From NCBI RefSeq assembly GCF_001447785.1, contig NW_015169179.1, forward strand, positions 781,441 through 845,440: DNA of 64,000 nt. The letters are read 5' to 3'. This stretch comes from Gekko japonicus (taxonomy: Eukaryota). The notes below the pieces were generated by a model, which was given only the letters and a program-made list of their open reading frames with translations, was not told the origin of the DNA and did not search any database. Each line of letters begins with the position of its first letter. Positions within the stretch are counted from its first letter, which is position 1. Of the stretch, positions 1 through 15,401 are shown in pieces. Made by a program: the position numbers and the translations under genes.

Positions 1-42
1 CTGTTTGGCTCCAGCGCCTTTCTGGAGTACCATCCTTCTGCA
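1..42 (-). CDS. SNED1: SNED1 exon 25, 5' part (runs off the window)
   Basis: ttacag|TGCAGA; LQKDGTPERRWSQT resembles recalled human SPRDGADRRWHQG; the phase fits. Confidence 0.75.
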
Positions 43-108
43 CTGTAAACCAGAATAATACATTTAGCCATATGGAAATAGTCACCCAGAAGGAGAAAAA
101 AAGTATCA

Positions 109-630
<522 letters not shown>

Positions 631-1504
631 TTAGGGCAAAGCAACTGTCATTTTTGCTTTGAAAGTAGTAGACAATGTGCCCTGGGAAATTCCATTATGT
701 ATTTGAAAATGATGTTTCTTTGTTCAGTTTTTAATTACTCCTTGTAGGAGATTAAAGGAAGAACAATGAAGGGAGAGTTTGAGCCTGGGGCCCTCTCTCG
801 CTCTCATCCTAGATAGAATTCTTGAGGCCCAGTAATGTCTGAACAGGTCAGATCTTGATAGTACATTTAAATCAGTGCAGTCTGACCTGATGTGATGTAA
901 AGTAAGATTCCAAGACTCAAGTTACTCAAGAATTGTTTTATCCCCACTCAGGGCCTTTCCTGAACAGACAATGATACTACAGGGTATCTATAGGACCATG
1001 TGCTTCCATATCAGCCTCCTTGCACAAGATCTACATCAGAAACATTACTCCAAGTACCTCCACCTTCAGAGATTCAATGAATGGGGACTGGTTTTCTTGG
1101 TGGTGGTGCCCCAGTTGTGGTACTGTCTCCCCAGAGATACTTAGCTGGCATATCCTTTGTCAGTTTCCAAGTGCCAGATGGCTACAGTTTTATTCACCTG
1201 AGCATTTAATGAGTGATCTACATTTTCTTCTATGACATATATCTACCACTACTCTGAAGTAGAGTGTGGTAGGCCTTAAAAATGTCTGCATCATATGACA
1301 TCATGGGACATCTTCTTGTGCTCAGCACTAACACAGGGGTCTCCCTTCAGCATTTCAGCTTGACCCTAGGCTTTCTCTTTTAACTGCCAACATTGAATAC
1401 ATGCTCAAGTCAAGCAACCATAATAGGTAAGAAGATGCTGTTACATTGGGTTTACAGGCTATGAAGATGGGGAAGCAGGTAGGAGAATTTTCTGTCAAAC
1501 TCAC

Positions 1505-1617
1505 GAGTCCATATGTAGAGGGGTGCCGTAGTAAAGCTCTCAGCAGGATGGTCTTCAGGACTCAGGCCACTCAAGGTCCACACATGGATAATATACTTCT
1601 GCCCTGGCTGTAGGTCC
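1505..1617 (-). CDS. SNED1: SNED1 exon 23 (FN3 #2, second half), 113 bp, phase 2-1
   Basis: caatag|GGACCT...TGGACTC|gtgagt; DLQPGQKYIIHVWTLSGLSPEDHPAESFTTAPLYIWT. Confidence 0.93.
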
Positions 1618-2291
1618 CTATTGCAAAGAAGATTACATATGCTGGGCAAATCCCAATCATAATTACATGCTGTGATTTTGGAAGAAAGAACAAGCTATAC
1701 CTTATTGACATCTGGTGAGTCAGAGACTCACATAACACTTTCTACTCAGAAAAAAGTGAACAAAATATCTACTGTGAACAGAGAGCAGTTGAGTACATGA
1801 CGCAAATATCTGAAAGCAATGGCAAATCCAGACTCCTTAATAAACCTTTCAAGCTAGAGAAAACAAATTATTTTTAATGGGAATTGAAACCAATTAGAAA
1901 GCCAATTTTTACGACAGAGGTGACAATTTGGAGCTTTCTGAAATTGTTTCCTGCCTGTTTCACTGGCCCAGCTTGTCCTTCGGACTGCCAGTCTTCTATT
2001 CAAAATGTCTGCAGTTTGTCTTTGGGGGGGACATTCATGTCAAGAAAAACATATTTTCAAGTCTTCTGCTGTAATCTCTAAAGGAAGAACACAAGGGAGC
2101 ATGGGGAAGAGAACTGTGTGGCCCAGAAGCTCAAAACTTCATCTGTTCTCTTCTGCTGATGGGCCTCCCCCTTTCCCCCAAATCACAGCTGACCATCAAA
2201 GCAACAGGCTGCAACTAGACCTACTTTGTCATAGACAGTCAGAACTGCCTCCCCTTCCCTCATTCCCCAGAAAACTCTTGCTTCTTACTCA

Positions 2292-2603
<312 letters not shown>

Positions 2604-4306
2604 CTACAGAAGAAAAATGTTAGACTGGGCTTCTGACAGGACTATTTTAACAGACGGCCCCTTCCTCATGGGGAGTACTGTATGTGGCATTTTGTAACCT
2701 CACCAGACCTTTCTGTTCCTGGGAAGCATTTTAGTCTATTGTCAGAATCCCCCATAAGACATACAAGTGACAGCTGTCAGGCTCAGTTTCATAGCAAACC
2801 TGGTCAGGGATGAACCACACAAATGTTAAAAAATCACTCTTATGTTTCCATTCAGCGCAGTACCACACAGCTTTAAAAACAAGGTGAAACTAGTCTGTTA
2901 ACTACCTACTTAGTATCACATCACAGAGAGAAGAATGTGATCACAGTTCATAGAAAAAAGAAAAATCCCCTCCTCCAAAGAAAACTGTCAGAAGACACTA
3001 GATCATGCTTCTTATGACTATTTACTGCTTTTATGCAGTCTCATCGCAGTGCCAAAGAGAAGGGTTCTACTATGAACCAAAGGCAATATGGAACCAGTTG
3101 TTAACAGCAGATAACAAGGGACTGTATGGTACCTTTCCAGACAGATAATGGATGAGCCTCTTTCTCTAACGGACGGCTCTGCACATAGCTAAGAGGAGTA
3201 GTAGGATATAGCCCACAATGTTCCCATGAAGCATGAAATTAGACCCTATGATCCACATGCAGGCTAACCCATGGATTGGAAGTTTTCTGCTTCACCCTTT
3301 CACTGTAACCCCTGCACACATCTGAAACATTGCCCCCCAGGGTTCAAGGGACTCAAAGGAATAGGGTTGCAGTGGCAGAGAACAGCTTGGTAAAAATCCA
3401 CCCCCATCCTCCCACAGTGAAAGTGCCCTTGTGCCAGTGGAAATAAACCAATCTGTGCTCTGCTTAAAATAGTATTACCAGATGATCACTTGACAGCATA
3501 AGAAAGTGCCTGACAAATACAATCTGCAACTAAAGCTCCATTAAGAAGGCAGCTTTCCCCCACAGTTCATTAACTGTTACCGCACTAAATCTGTAGGGAA
3601 GTACCCAAACAAAAGGATGCCATGGAAGTACATTATCACAGTCTAGTTTGGTATGTGTCACTCTCCTATTCCTGTTTGTTCCTAGTCTGCAGTTTGGACT
3701 AGCAGCATCCAGCATATGAATTGGCATAGACTCCATGTGGTTAGCATGATACATGAAAAGACATCCACCTAGAAATGCCTTAAGGAGTAGATTTGTACAC
3801 TGATTACAATAGCTTTCAGTAAGAACTTTCATACTTAACTCTCATTGGGCAATACACACAACAAATAAATAAAATATAAAGAAGCAAGATTTTCTTTTGC
3901 AAACACTTGAGTGATTATTTTCTGTGTTGTGGCTACTTTTTTGATTAAGTAGATACAGTTTCGACTTACAAATTCGTTTCGGCAAACACTGACTTTTATA
4001 ATTGGTTGCTACAAGATAATCAGTATAAGGAAAGCAAGATGATATTTATGCAGCCATTTTCCTTGCAGTTTTTTTTTGTTCCTATAGCACTTCATCTATT
4101 GCTTAATTGTTGCAGGCCAATGTTCTTGAGATATTTTTTTTTGCTATGTGACAGTAACGACCTTGGATAGGCCCAGAGGATGTTCCTGCCATCACATAGT
4201 ATTCTGTTGTTTTGTATTAATGGGAGGAACCCTGGAAAGACTCCTGGTAATAAAGCCCTCATTGCTTCATTTCTGTACCTAGAGCTCTATTTCCTTGAAG
4301 GAACTA

Positions 4307-4618
<312 letters not shown>

Positions 4619-4726
4619 TCAGGTAAAACAAACAGAATGGACATAATTAAACTTTGAGGAACACCGTTTCCTTATTTCCACCATTAAAATATTCCTAGAA
4701 GAGGAAGCAGGTAAGGTACAGTTTAA

Positions 4727-5521
4727 TAAGGGTGTGCTTTCGGATCTTCTTGAGCTGAAAATGTACTTGAAAAATATCATGACCTTTCAGGTATATTTCA
4801 TCATCCCAGAAGTATCCAGGATTTTTTGGGAAAACCAGGAAAAAAACTCTGAAAAAATCCTGGCTATTTTCAGAAACCAGGAAGATCGGGAAAAACAGCC
4901 AAGAGGCAGGGAGACTGCTCCCCGCCTCTCAGCTGTTTCCCCCAATTTCTTTTGCAGTTCCTTTAAACCAGGCTGGTTTAAAGGGACTGCAGAAAAATCA
5001 GGGAAAACAGCTGAGAGGCAAGGAGCAGTCTCCCTGCCTCTCAGCTGTTTTCCTCGATCTTCCTGGTTCCTGGGAAAACAGCTGAGAAGTGGGGAGACTG
5101 CTTCCCACCTCTCAGCTGTTTCCCCTGACTTCTGCAGTCCCTTTAAACCAGCCCCTTTAAACCGGGGAAAACAGCTGAGGCAGGGAGATTACTCCCCACC
5201 TCTCAGCTGTTTAATCCTGCTTTCTTTTGCAGTCTCTTTAAAACAGCCTGGTTTAAAGAGACTGCAGAAGAAATCAGGAGAGGTGGTGTTTTCACTTCAG
5301 CTGTGTTTTGCGGCTTTGCCACTCTTCTGCCCCCCCCCCCCCCCCACTTCCTCTCTATGCAATTTCATCTCAGGTCTATTGGACCTGGGAAAAATTGGGA
5401 TTTCTGAAAAATCCTGGATTCACATACTTTGCTGGTATTGGGATCTGGGATTTTTCAGAAATTCCAAAATGTTGGGGGGGTCCAATAGACCTGAACTGGA
5501 AAAAAAAATTGCACACCCCTA
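4727..5521. mobile_element. Non-autonomous hAT-type DNA transposon with internal alternating inverted repeats
   Basis: TIR TAAGGGTGTGC / GCACACCCCTA; 8-bp TSD CAGTTTAA; repeated GGGAAAACAGCTGAG / CTCAGCTGTTTCCC units. Confidence 0.8.
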
Positions 5522-5976
5522 CAGTTTAATGCAGTCAGATGCAACAAAATGTTAAATATCTGATATGTTACAAATATCAAGCTGATATTATTTCTTCTTT
5601 CGGTTTTAAAAGAAAATTGAAAAAATAGAACTCCATTGGTCAATTAATTCTTCTCAAGGCCAGGTCACATGCTTATCCAGGCTAAAGATTCTCATGCCAT
5701 GGTGAAGCAGCAGATGGGCATGCTCTTGTCTATCAAACTTATAGCATAGAATCATGTGATATCTCTCTTTTTTTTTTTAAAAAAAAAGGAAGCATCACAG
5801 TTTGGATTTCTGTGAATATGGATAGCCACTTAGACACTTATGGCTCATGAATATGGTGGGTGGGGAGAGGATATCCAGCAATGGCAGCCTATACATTGAG
5901 AGTACAACCTCAAGGAGTTGCTTGTCCCATTCAAGGCCAATAAAATAAAATAACTGCACTGCTTATTTGGCATCTA

Positions 5977-6177
<201 letters not shown>

Positions 6178-6432
6178 TCAAAATTAACACTTCAGAACGG
6201 CACTTCTTAAGAACAATGCAGGCTTCCCAAAGAAGGCATGGAAGTTTGTCAGAGGTAGCTCGAACGCCTCCACAAAAAGGCTTATTTGCTTATTTTCAGC
6301 ATCTAGTTTGTCTGGAAGCAAAATGCCCATGAGAAATTTTGAAGATAATAAAAAGTTACTTCCCAGGTTTTTTTTTGTTGTTGTTGAAGTATTAGGTTTT
6401 CTGTTTTGTTATCTACCATTTTCTGGGACTCA

Positions 6433-6594
<162 letters not shown>

Positions 6595-7477
6595 TCACTC
6601 AGATATCTGTAGGAGGTGTCACATGGAATTAAGAGGATGACTGCATCTGGTAGAATATCCCTTGCAAAGATGCCTGCTGAAGTGCAGTGCATAACCTCCC
6701 AGTGCAAACCTCCCCAGGGCCACCAAACCATTCATTTCTCTCCCCAGCAAACATGAAATGTGGATGAAAGTCAAGATAGAAAGCAGCACAATTCCAGGTG
6801 TGAGATATATGCAGCAAACATGACAACATGTGCGTGTGCATGTGTGCGCTACTTTCTATCTTCAATATCTTGGCTTTCAATAATAAATTCTGATAAATAG
6901 AAACTGTTCCTTTGAGATAAGAGAAAGCACTGGGAGGTCCAGTTTTGGCCATCCTGAACAACATGTCATTTGTCTGTCAGATAAATGAGCTCTCAGAGGT
7001 TACAAACACAAGCATCTTTAGGCAGAAAGTTAAGAACTTGAGTTAAGAAAAGTAAATTGAAAGCAACACTGAAATGTGCCAAAGGGCTGGGCTGAGACCA
7101 TGATGAAGACTAATCTGTAGCTGTAAAGCTGCATTTTATGAGTGGACTGGAAATCCTAACCCTGTTAAAGAATTTATAAGCTGTTCACAGACATCCTTCT
7201 GTCCCCCTCCTTTCCTTTTCTATCCAAGAGGCAGAGCTCATTAATCCAGGTCATTCTGCAATTTCGAAATTGCTTGAGAACCATTTCTTCTAATAGCAAA
7301 CACTATAGTTCCATACAAACAGGACAAGGCAGACAAGGTAGGTATTTCTACATACCCTGGTAATATACCCACAAATAGTTTTTTTGGGGAAAATACAAAC
7401 TGGAGACGAGAGACACTCATAATAAAAAGCCCTTGGGCACAAAACCCTGTCACAGAAACACATTGTTTAGAAGAAAG

Positions 7478-7620
7478 ATTCAGGTGGGTAGCTGTGTTGC
7501 TCTGAAGCAACAGAACAAAGTTTGAGTCTGGTGGCACCTTTAAGACCAACAAGGTTTAATTTCAGGTATCAGCTTTCATGTTGGGCTTGAAGGTGCTGCT
7601 GGACTCAAACTTTATTCTAA
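7478..7620. mobile_element. Penelope-like terminal fragment
   Basis: GAGTCTGGTGGCACCTTTAAGACCAAC with inverted copy TTGAAGGTGCTGCTGGACTC; similar piece near 25150-25250. Confidence 0.55.
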
Positions 7621-9652
7621 CATTTAGAGGAGTTCAATATAGTGAACTCTTCTACAGGACTCCTATAATGATGAAAGCAGGGTTACTAAAGAATCACCTT
7701 GCACTGAAAGGAAAGAAGGCAACAGCATGAATATGGTGCCCACCATCCAGCTCCTAGAGATTCTAACAGAGGAGACACATTCCCTTTCCATCTGGCACCA
7801 CACAGCTATTTACAAAGAGCAAGCAAAAGTATATGCTTAAGTTGTTAATTATGCTATGATAGGCATGAAAGGTAGCTAATGCAAAACAAGTCTTTGAATA
7901 CCATTATTTATACTGCACGTTGTCTTGGGTGTATCTTAAGGGGAAAGGCAGTGCATAAATACAATAAATAAATAAAGGTGGGAGCCCCCCACACAGCCAC
8001 TGTTCTTTGTTGAAGGACTGATCTGCAGTTTGCTGGAATTGAAATTGTGATTTCACACAGCACTTTCTATATTTCTCACTATACACTTACTTCCAAAGTA
8101 AATTCCCCTTCTGTACCTCCCTGCAATGTTCCTTTTGTTCCTTGGCTTTCAGCTTAATGAATTATTAATGAAGATTAATAAAATAACTCTTTCAAAGTAA
8201 TACAATTATGATAAATATAACTGTTTTGTTTTTATTATGGGTAATAACGTTAGGTTTTGTCTTTTTAAATGAACAGTGGTTTTGGCTGACCACAAAGTGA
8301 AAAACAGTATGTGCCCTCTGGCCAGCTAGTCATATACAATTGATTCAGGAATGTTCCCAGAAAAAATGGGGTGAGCTCAGAAAATGTCCTTCTCCATGCT
8401 GTGCTGTTCAGCTTCAAGGCTTACTGTGGAGCTAGTCACAACACACTCGTCCCCCAGTCTACAGCGCTGTCAGTGCCATCCATCCCAGGAGAGTTATAAC
8501 CCAAGTCCATTGAAGTCAATGGGCTTAGAAGGGTGTAATTCTGCTTAGGATGACACTGTGTAGTGCTTAGGTTATGTGCAGGCTGCACTGTTATCCAACC
8601 TGCTGTGAATTGTGCAAGGAAGAGAATTAAATCCCCATGTTGTAATGTTTCAGGCTGAAGACCAGCTTTGCTGCACAGCCAGCCTCTAAACCACCCCATT
8701 CTACACCCTTATAGCTTCCAGATTAATAACTACTGAGACAGCATGAGGAAGGAGGCAGATCTCCCTCCCACTACTACCACCACTTCCCCACCCCCATCTA
8801 TGGTTGTGGGAGTAGAGAAAGTCTGAGTGTCCCTCCACACAGCCTCACGGGCTCCCAACTTGTAAATTCACACTCAACAACTAACACAGACCCTATTCAT
8901 TAAGCAATTTTGAAAATATATTAATTTGCATAATTTAGTCGAAAGAATTTTGCATGTATGACAATACTAATCTTGAAGGTTTAATTGTTTGATTCAGTAT
9001 AAGGCAGTTTCATGTGTGTAATGTCAAACGGGGTAAAGCTGGAAACACAAATGGGCTGAGAAGTCTACTGCAACTCCTTATAATTGTGTGTGAATCCATA
9101 TATGCACGTGAGAATATGTATGCTTGAAGTGACTAGCCTCATAGCATAGCCAGGATCCACACTAATGTACAGAAATGGGAAGTGGTGAATAATAAGGGCA
9201 CATTAGAATTGACTTCATTGGGTGGTCAGTCACCCTAAAGACTCATAGTGAGCTTGTCAGGTGGCCACTGCATACACTGTGTCATCTGAAATATACCTAG
9301 TTGGAAGATGTCAGTGTTGCAAGTCTTTAGATAGCATTTTCTAGGTCACAGAACTGTGGCAAGTTTCATTGTGCCACTGCTGGTCCACATGGGCTTAAGA
9401 AGCTCACACAGCTAGAATACAGCTGAACTGGTTGTAGGAAACATATTCCAAAGTAGGGGTGGGGGGAGAGAAACTGTGTCTTTATATGGCTGTGAATTCT
9501 AAAGATAAACAGCACCCAGAAATCAATAGTAAGAGAAAATGAAATTATCTACAACAGTGAGGACAATGGAATCTCTTAAGGATGTATGGGAGATTCCAGT
9601 TGAAAAAGTACTGAAAATCCCAATAAGAATCTTTATCAATTCCCCTTTTTAC

Positions 9653-9766
9653 CCGTTTCACACTGGGTTCCAATGAAGCCCTCAGGACAATGACAGATAA
9701 ATGAACCTGGCAGATCTTTACAGATTCCGCTGTTCTTGCAGGGGTCTGACTGACACTCATCAATCT
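9653..9766 (-). CDS. SNED1: SNED1 exon 18 (Ca-binding EGF), 114 bp
   Basis: tcacag|AGATTG...GAAACGG|gtaaaa; [38 protein letters not shown]. Confidence 0.94.
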
Positions 9767-12026
9767 CTGTGAATGGAAAAAGAGAGGGGGGGAAAGCTAT
9801 AATGACTTTATAAGCACAATGTCATAATGAAAAGGAGGAACCAGAAGCAGATTCATTTAGTCACTGCTGGTGTAGTTAGTTCTTTTTAAAACTGTTATAT
9901 CAACTTGTTTCAATAGCTATTTTTTAATTTGTTATTTGTTAAACATCTTGAGCAGGTCTCTGGAACAACATACAGATTAAGTTGTTAAATAAAAGGGTAT
10001 CCTCACAAGGCTGTTATATGAGGATAAATGAGAAGAATTTGTATTTTTAGAATAAAAAGTACTGTAGACATTAGTAACAACCATTGAGTTAGATCCAGAC
10101 TAGACATTTCCATGGGTGCAAGGATTTTCACTCACAGAGAATGATTTTCCTGCCTCCCCATTCCCACAGCACTCTGAAATATGCTCCCCCCCCAAAAAAA
10201 ATCCTGTTCTTGGGGAAGCGGGGGAGGGGGGCATCCCCAGGAACAAGATTTTGAGGAAGCATTTCAGGCTGCTTAGATTGGGGGGGGGGAGATGGGGGAA
10301 AACACTTTGTGAGCAGAAATCCTTGTGTCTGTGGAAACGTTAGTCCGCAACGTATCCAAGTCATCTACTTATTATAAACGTACTCTTAAAAATTTCCCTT
10401 TCGGTTAACTGATTTGCTGCTTTTAACAGAGAAAGGCACTACCTTACAGTACTTTATTCGTTAATAAGCGGTTCTTTCTATTCCTTTCAGAACACAAGGT
10501 TTTCTATGTCAATTGTATTAAGGGTTTGTTTTTCTTTATTTCTTTTATCTGAGAAAAGGGCTTTATTTTTCTGTGTGAAAATACAATGGCAAGTTATGCG
10601 GTCCTTCCCTGTGGCTCTGTTCAGAGAGTTTAAAGAAAACACTCTCATGAAAGAGATTACTGATCATCCAGCACCAGCCTTTGCCAATTTCCCCTCCTGC
10701 TCATAGAGGCCTGCTACAGAGAAACAAGATAATGCTATCGAGCCGTGCAACTGAAATCATTAAAAAATAAACCATTTTCTCTTTCCAATATTTTCACCAG
10801 ATTTTCAAGAGTAAAGTGTTGGGACGCAAGCACTGCATCTCTTGAAACGACTTGGGCATGTTGGTCATATTATGAGCTGCATACAGACAATATTTCTGCA
10901 GACACAAGAATATCTACCCACAAAACATGATTTTCTTGCGTTCTCCACTCCTGCAGCAGCATCAAATGCCCCACCAAATCCTGTCCCTGAAGAAGAGAGG
11001 ACCCTGAAAAACAGAATTTCAGGGGGTGTTTTGAGCTGCTGTGGGAGGCGGGAAAAATCATACTCTGTGGGCAGAAGTCCTTGCGGAAACAGCAGTCTGG
11101 ATCCAAATCGATACTTCATCCACTGTCACTATATATGACAATTATTCGTTTTCAGTTTGCTTTGGTATACACTGGACAATGATGTCCAGCAGCACTCTTT
11201 TTAATATAGCAGATCAATGCACCCTTACAAAGGCAACAAAAAAGCCTTTCCTCTCCAATTCTCATTATGTAATTAATTAATTATACATTTGTTTGAAGCT
11301 GTAAGAGGAGGGTTGCCAGCTCTGGGTTGGGGAAATACTTGGAGATTTAGGAGGTGGAGCCTCTTTGTCAACCCTATGTAAGAGAGAGAGAGAGAGAGAG
11401 AGTATCCAAAGGACACCCTCTACCTTTACTTGGAAAAAATAATTTCCATTCAGCAAAAGTTTCCACTTGACCATCCAAATTTCCTCTTGTTCCTTTGTTG
11501 CATAGTGGCTGGTTACAGTATTCATGAATTAGTAACTATTAGTTCTTAGGGGATTTCTGGGGAAGGGGGAGGCAGAAGAATTATTTTCACTTTGCGAGTG
11601 AAGCTACTGCTCATTTTATATTTTTTATTGTTGAACTTTCACGATAGTACTATAACAATCACAAAAAATAAAATAAAAAATAACAGTGGTTTTGCCAGAA
11701 CCAAGTAAAAAACAGTAATTAATATCTCTGCACCTAAACTGATAATTAACACTTCATGAATGTTGCAGTTGACTGCAGGAGAGAACAGAAAAAATGAAAC
11801 AGAAAGCAAAAGGAAAGAGGGAAAAAATTAAAGGGGCTACAGCCCTGAGAAACCTTAGCATGTTGGCTGTCCATGCAGGGCAACCTGGTGCTGCAACTGC
11901 ATTTATGTTTAAAGAACTCAGGTCAGGAGGACACTGGGTTGCCAAGAGTGTCCTTTAAAACTGAGTGAATGATTTATGGCAATTCCAAACTGAACAAGTA
12001 GTGTAGGCATGCCCCTTGCTCATAAA

Positions 12027-12350
12027 TACGGTTGCCAAGTCTACTTACCTTGGCGGCGGGGGAGCCTCGCTGGGCTCCGGGAGCTCTCTGGCGATCCGCC
12101 AGCATGTCACAGGAAGTGACACGCTACATCACTCCCATTGGGGGTGTGGCCACGATGGTCGGAGGGGTTTCCCCTCCGATGATCGGGGCCACACCCCCAA
12201 TGTGAGCGATGTGGTTGCGTCACCGCTGGTGACGCAACCGCGCTGCACTTTGGGGGGCGGAGTTCCCCCCGGGGCCCGATTCCGCGGTGGCGGAAATCGG
12301 GCCTCCAAAGCGGGGGTTTACCCGCCACTCGCCCCCACTTGGCAGCCCTA
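12027..12350. mobile_element. hAT-type MITE (TAGGGTTGCC family), CpG-rich
   Basis: TIR TACGGTTGCCAAGT / ACTTGGCAGCCCTA; 8-bp TSD CTCATAAA. Confidence 0.82.
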
Positions 12351-13213
12351 CTCATAAAGTACAATGAAAACTACCCATTACAAATGCCTGGATTTTGCTA
12401 AAAGTTAAAATCTTTGGTTCACATATCATTGGGGTTCCAAAGATAAGGCGTTTTGTGCTTAGACCTTCTTTCTTTTTTAATTATAGAAACCTGCTCAAAA
12501 TTCTCTTCCAGATGTGGACAGGATCCAACTCCATCCACTGGCCTTTAGCTGAATATTCAATCCAATAAAAACTATTCCATTCCTCATAGTCATTTATATC
12601 AGCATCACTTCTTCTTTTGCCCTTCCCACTATGTTCTCATTCTTTCATTCCCAACTCAAGGGAGCTCTCACATTAGAATCTCTGTCGTCCACCACCAGGA
12701 TGGAAGGACAGCTTGCCGTGAGAACGCTTCTTTGCACTGCAGCTGGTTTAATGAAATCTCTATGCTTTTCAGTGGACCCTACTTTTCAGACAGCTGTGTA
12801 GTTAAGCAACCACCATAAAACTAGTAAGGCCCCCTCACTGAAGTTTCCTTGGTCCCTACTTGAACAGCAATGGGAGCCGAAGCTAGGCAAGCTGGGAAAG
12901 CCGCCACCTAGAAAGAGGCCTATATAATCTCCCCACATTCTACATTGCATCCACTTCACAACTCCCCTCCCCAGGCCCCATCCACAATTGAAACAAGGCC
13001 TAAGTATGTGTAACTGGAAAAGTTTATATGACTGCGCATGCTCATATTCTTCCCTTGCATCTCTGTTTCCTCTTTCTTTGTTCTACTCCCCTCACACACA
13101 TATCCCAGGTCAAAGTTTACATTGTAAACTCCTTGCAACAGGATTTTTCTTTTTGGTTATGTCACTGTAAAGCATACTGTTAACACTGATGGCTTATATT
13201 AGTAACATCATCA

Positions 13214-13399
<186 letters not shown>

Positions 13400-13711
13400 C
13401 TATCTGGAATTGAAGGTTTGAGGAAAGCATCCCCCTTTAAAAAAGCTATTTCCCCCTCAAAATTGTATTATGTACAAAGGTATATATAAAAAGCCAACAC
13501 ACAAGAATTGGTGCATTTTAGAAACAAACCCCTTGAGCCATAGTATGGCAAGGGAACACATCTGAAGAAAACTCACACAGACACAAAATTCATTTCAAGC
13601 AGAGACACAATTTAACTGGAGATACGGAAGGCAGAGGTACCCATGGAAGTATTGTTAAGGGCCAGAAATGTCAATGTTAAGCCAAATGTATATTAGGTAC
13701 CACTACTTAAA

Positions 13712-13987
13712 AAGGTAAAGGTTCCCTTGCTCGAAAGCCAGTCGAATCCGACTCTAGGTTTGCGGTGCTCATCTCCATTCCAGAGCCGAAGAGCCAGCGC
13801 TGTCCAAAGACGTTTCCGTGGTCATGTGGCCGGCATGACTAAATACCAAGGTGCACGGAACGCTGTTACCTTCCCACCGAAGTGGTACCTATTTATCTAC
13901 TCCGTCTTGCGGCACCCGGGTCTCGAACTGCTGAATTACTGACCTTCCACAGCCTGCAGTTCAGCGTCTTAACCACTTGAGCCACCG
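13712..13987 (-). mobile_element. Sauria SINE (tRNA-derived, BovB partner)
   Basis: (ACCTTT)n tail on the minus strand; core GTCATGTGGCCGGCATGAC and GAACGCTGTTACCTTCCCACCG; 11-bp TSD CACTACTTAAA at 13701-13711 and 13988-13998. Confidence 0.88.
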
Positions 13988-14775
13988 CACTACTTAAATG
14001 CCAATAAATTGCCCATTAGTCTCATACCGGTCTGTGGAGTTTGCTTCTTTTTCACAGCATGGTAAATTAACTCCACCCATATGTCAGCATTGTCTTGCTT
14101 AATATTCCTGTTTTTAATCATTTGTAAAAGCTTATTTGCAGAATAATTTTCTTGAGCTCTAAGAACACTATGGTTTCCAGGACAGAACACAGAGCCCAGG
14201 CTGTTAGCATCTTCAGTATGAAACATGCCGACAACAGGGCCCCCTCCTATTTATAACAAGTAAAAAAGCTTTAATCTCGCAAGGGAGGGTGAGATCTAAA
14301 CAAATGAAGACTCTCCCCTCTCTTAGTGCCCACGTGAATGGTGTGCACCAACATATGGATTTCCCGGGGGGGGGGGGGGGAAAAAGAATGTCAATTTAAG
14401 AGCAGGCTGCAAGTCTGTGTGGCTCCCCCATGTGAACAGCTTGGTACTGGAGCCAAGGCCAGTTTATGATCTCTTTTCTCCTCCTCCACTACTAATCATT
14501 TGTTAATCCTGTGTGGCCTACATCACAGAAACCCTAAAAACAATTTTAAAAAGCAAAAGAAGAGCTAGTTCTGTTCAGTTTTTCCCACAGAATTCGGGCT
14601 GTATAGGCACTGTAGTTCTGCTGAATTCTCAAAGTCAGCAGGGATGACTGTTTGAAGTTCTGTGGCAATTACAGTTCAGGAAATTAAATATATTCTTTTC
14701 CTTTAATATGCACATATTCATTCACTCTCTCTCACACACAAACACACATTCTCACACAGCCATAAATCCATTTAC

Positions 14776-14949
14776 CATTACACTCTGGAGGGTCACTCCA
14801 GGCACCTTGTTCTCTGCAAATCCTGGGGTTGCTGTGGGGACTCAACGTGTAGCCAAGATCACACTGATACTCTGCCAGAGATCCCATCTTAGTAGAGTTA
14901 AATGCCACCTGAGCATGCTTTATCTGATTGGGGATACCACAGTCTACCT
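14776..14949 (-). CDS. SNED1: SNED1 exon 16 (Sushi/CCP domain), 174 bp
   Basis: ttctag|AGGTAG...TGTAATG|gtaaat; EVDCGIPNQIKHAQVAFNSTKMGSLAEYQCDLGYTLSPHSNPRICREQGAWSDPPECN. Confidence 0.94.
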
Positions 14950-15287
14950 CTAGAAGGAAAAAATGAGATAAAGGGAAGGAGAAAGATTATAGAGCAATTA
15001 ATTTATTACACTGTTTATGTGTGGCATGGTGAATACCATTTATTCAATAAAAGGGTTTGTTTTGATGAGGTCACCAGCAAGGATGGAAGCACAGTTCTCC
15101 ATGTATGCCCTAAAAGCACTTTCACTTTGGTACAGGAGAGATGCATGCTCTCATGATGCTCTTAAACAGTTTTGTTTCAGGAAAATATGGGTATTGCAGC
15201 CTTCAGGGAAATCTCATAGGGACCCAGTTCCTTTTTTTCCAGTGACAGGGGAAAGCTCTGATGTTTAAGCCTTTCTGTATTCTTTAC

Positions 15288-15401
15288 CTGACTGACAGTG
15301 TCTTCCTGTGTAGCCAGCTGGACATGAGCAGATGTAGCTGTTGCCAAGATCCTTACAAGTGGCTCCATGTTCACATGGATTCAAGAGGCAAGGAGAAGGG
15401 G
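15288..15401 (-). CDS. SNED1: SNED1 exon 15 (EGF), 114 bp
   Basis: ttgcag|CCCCTT...CAGTCAG|gtaaag; [38 protein letters not shown]. Confidence 0.94.

Noticed and set aside
4734-5555. 273-aa plus-strand ORF
   Set aside because: It lies within a repetitive non-autonomous hAT element and has no transposase or other motif
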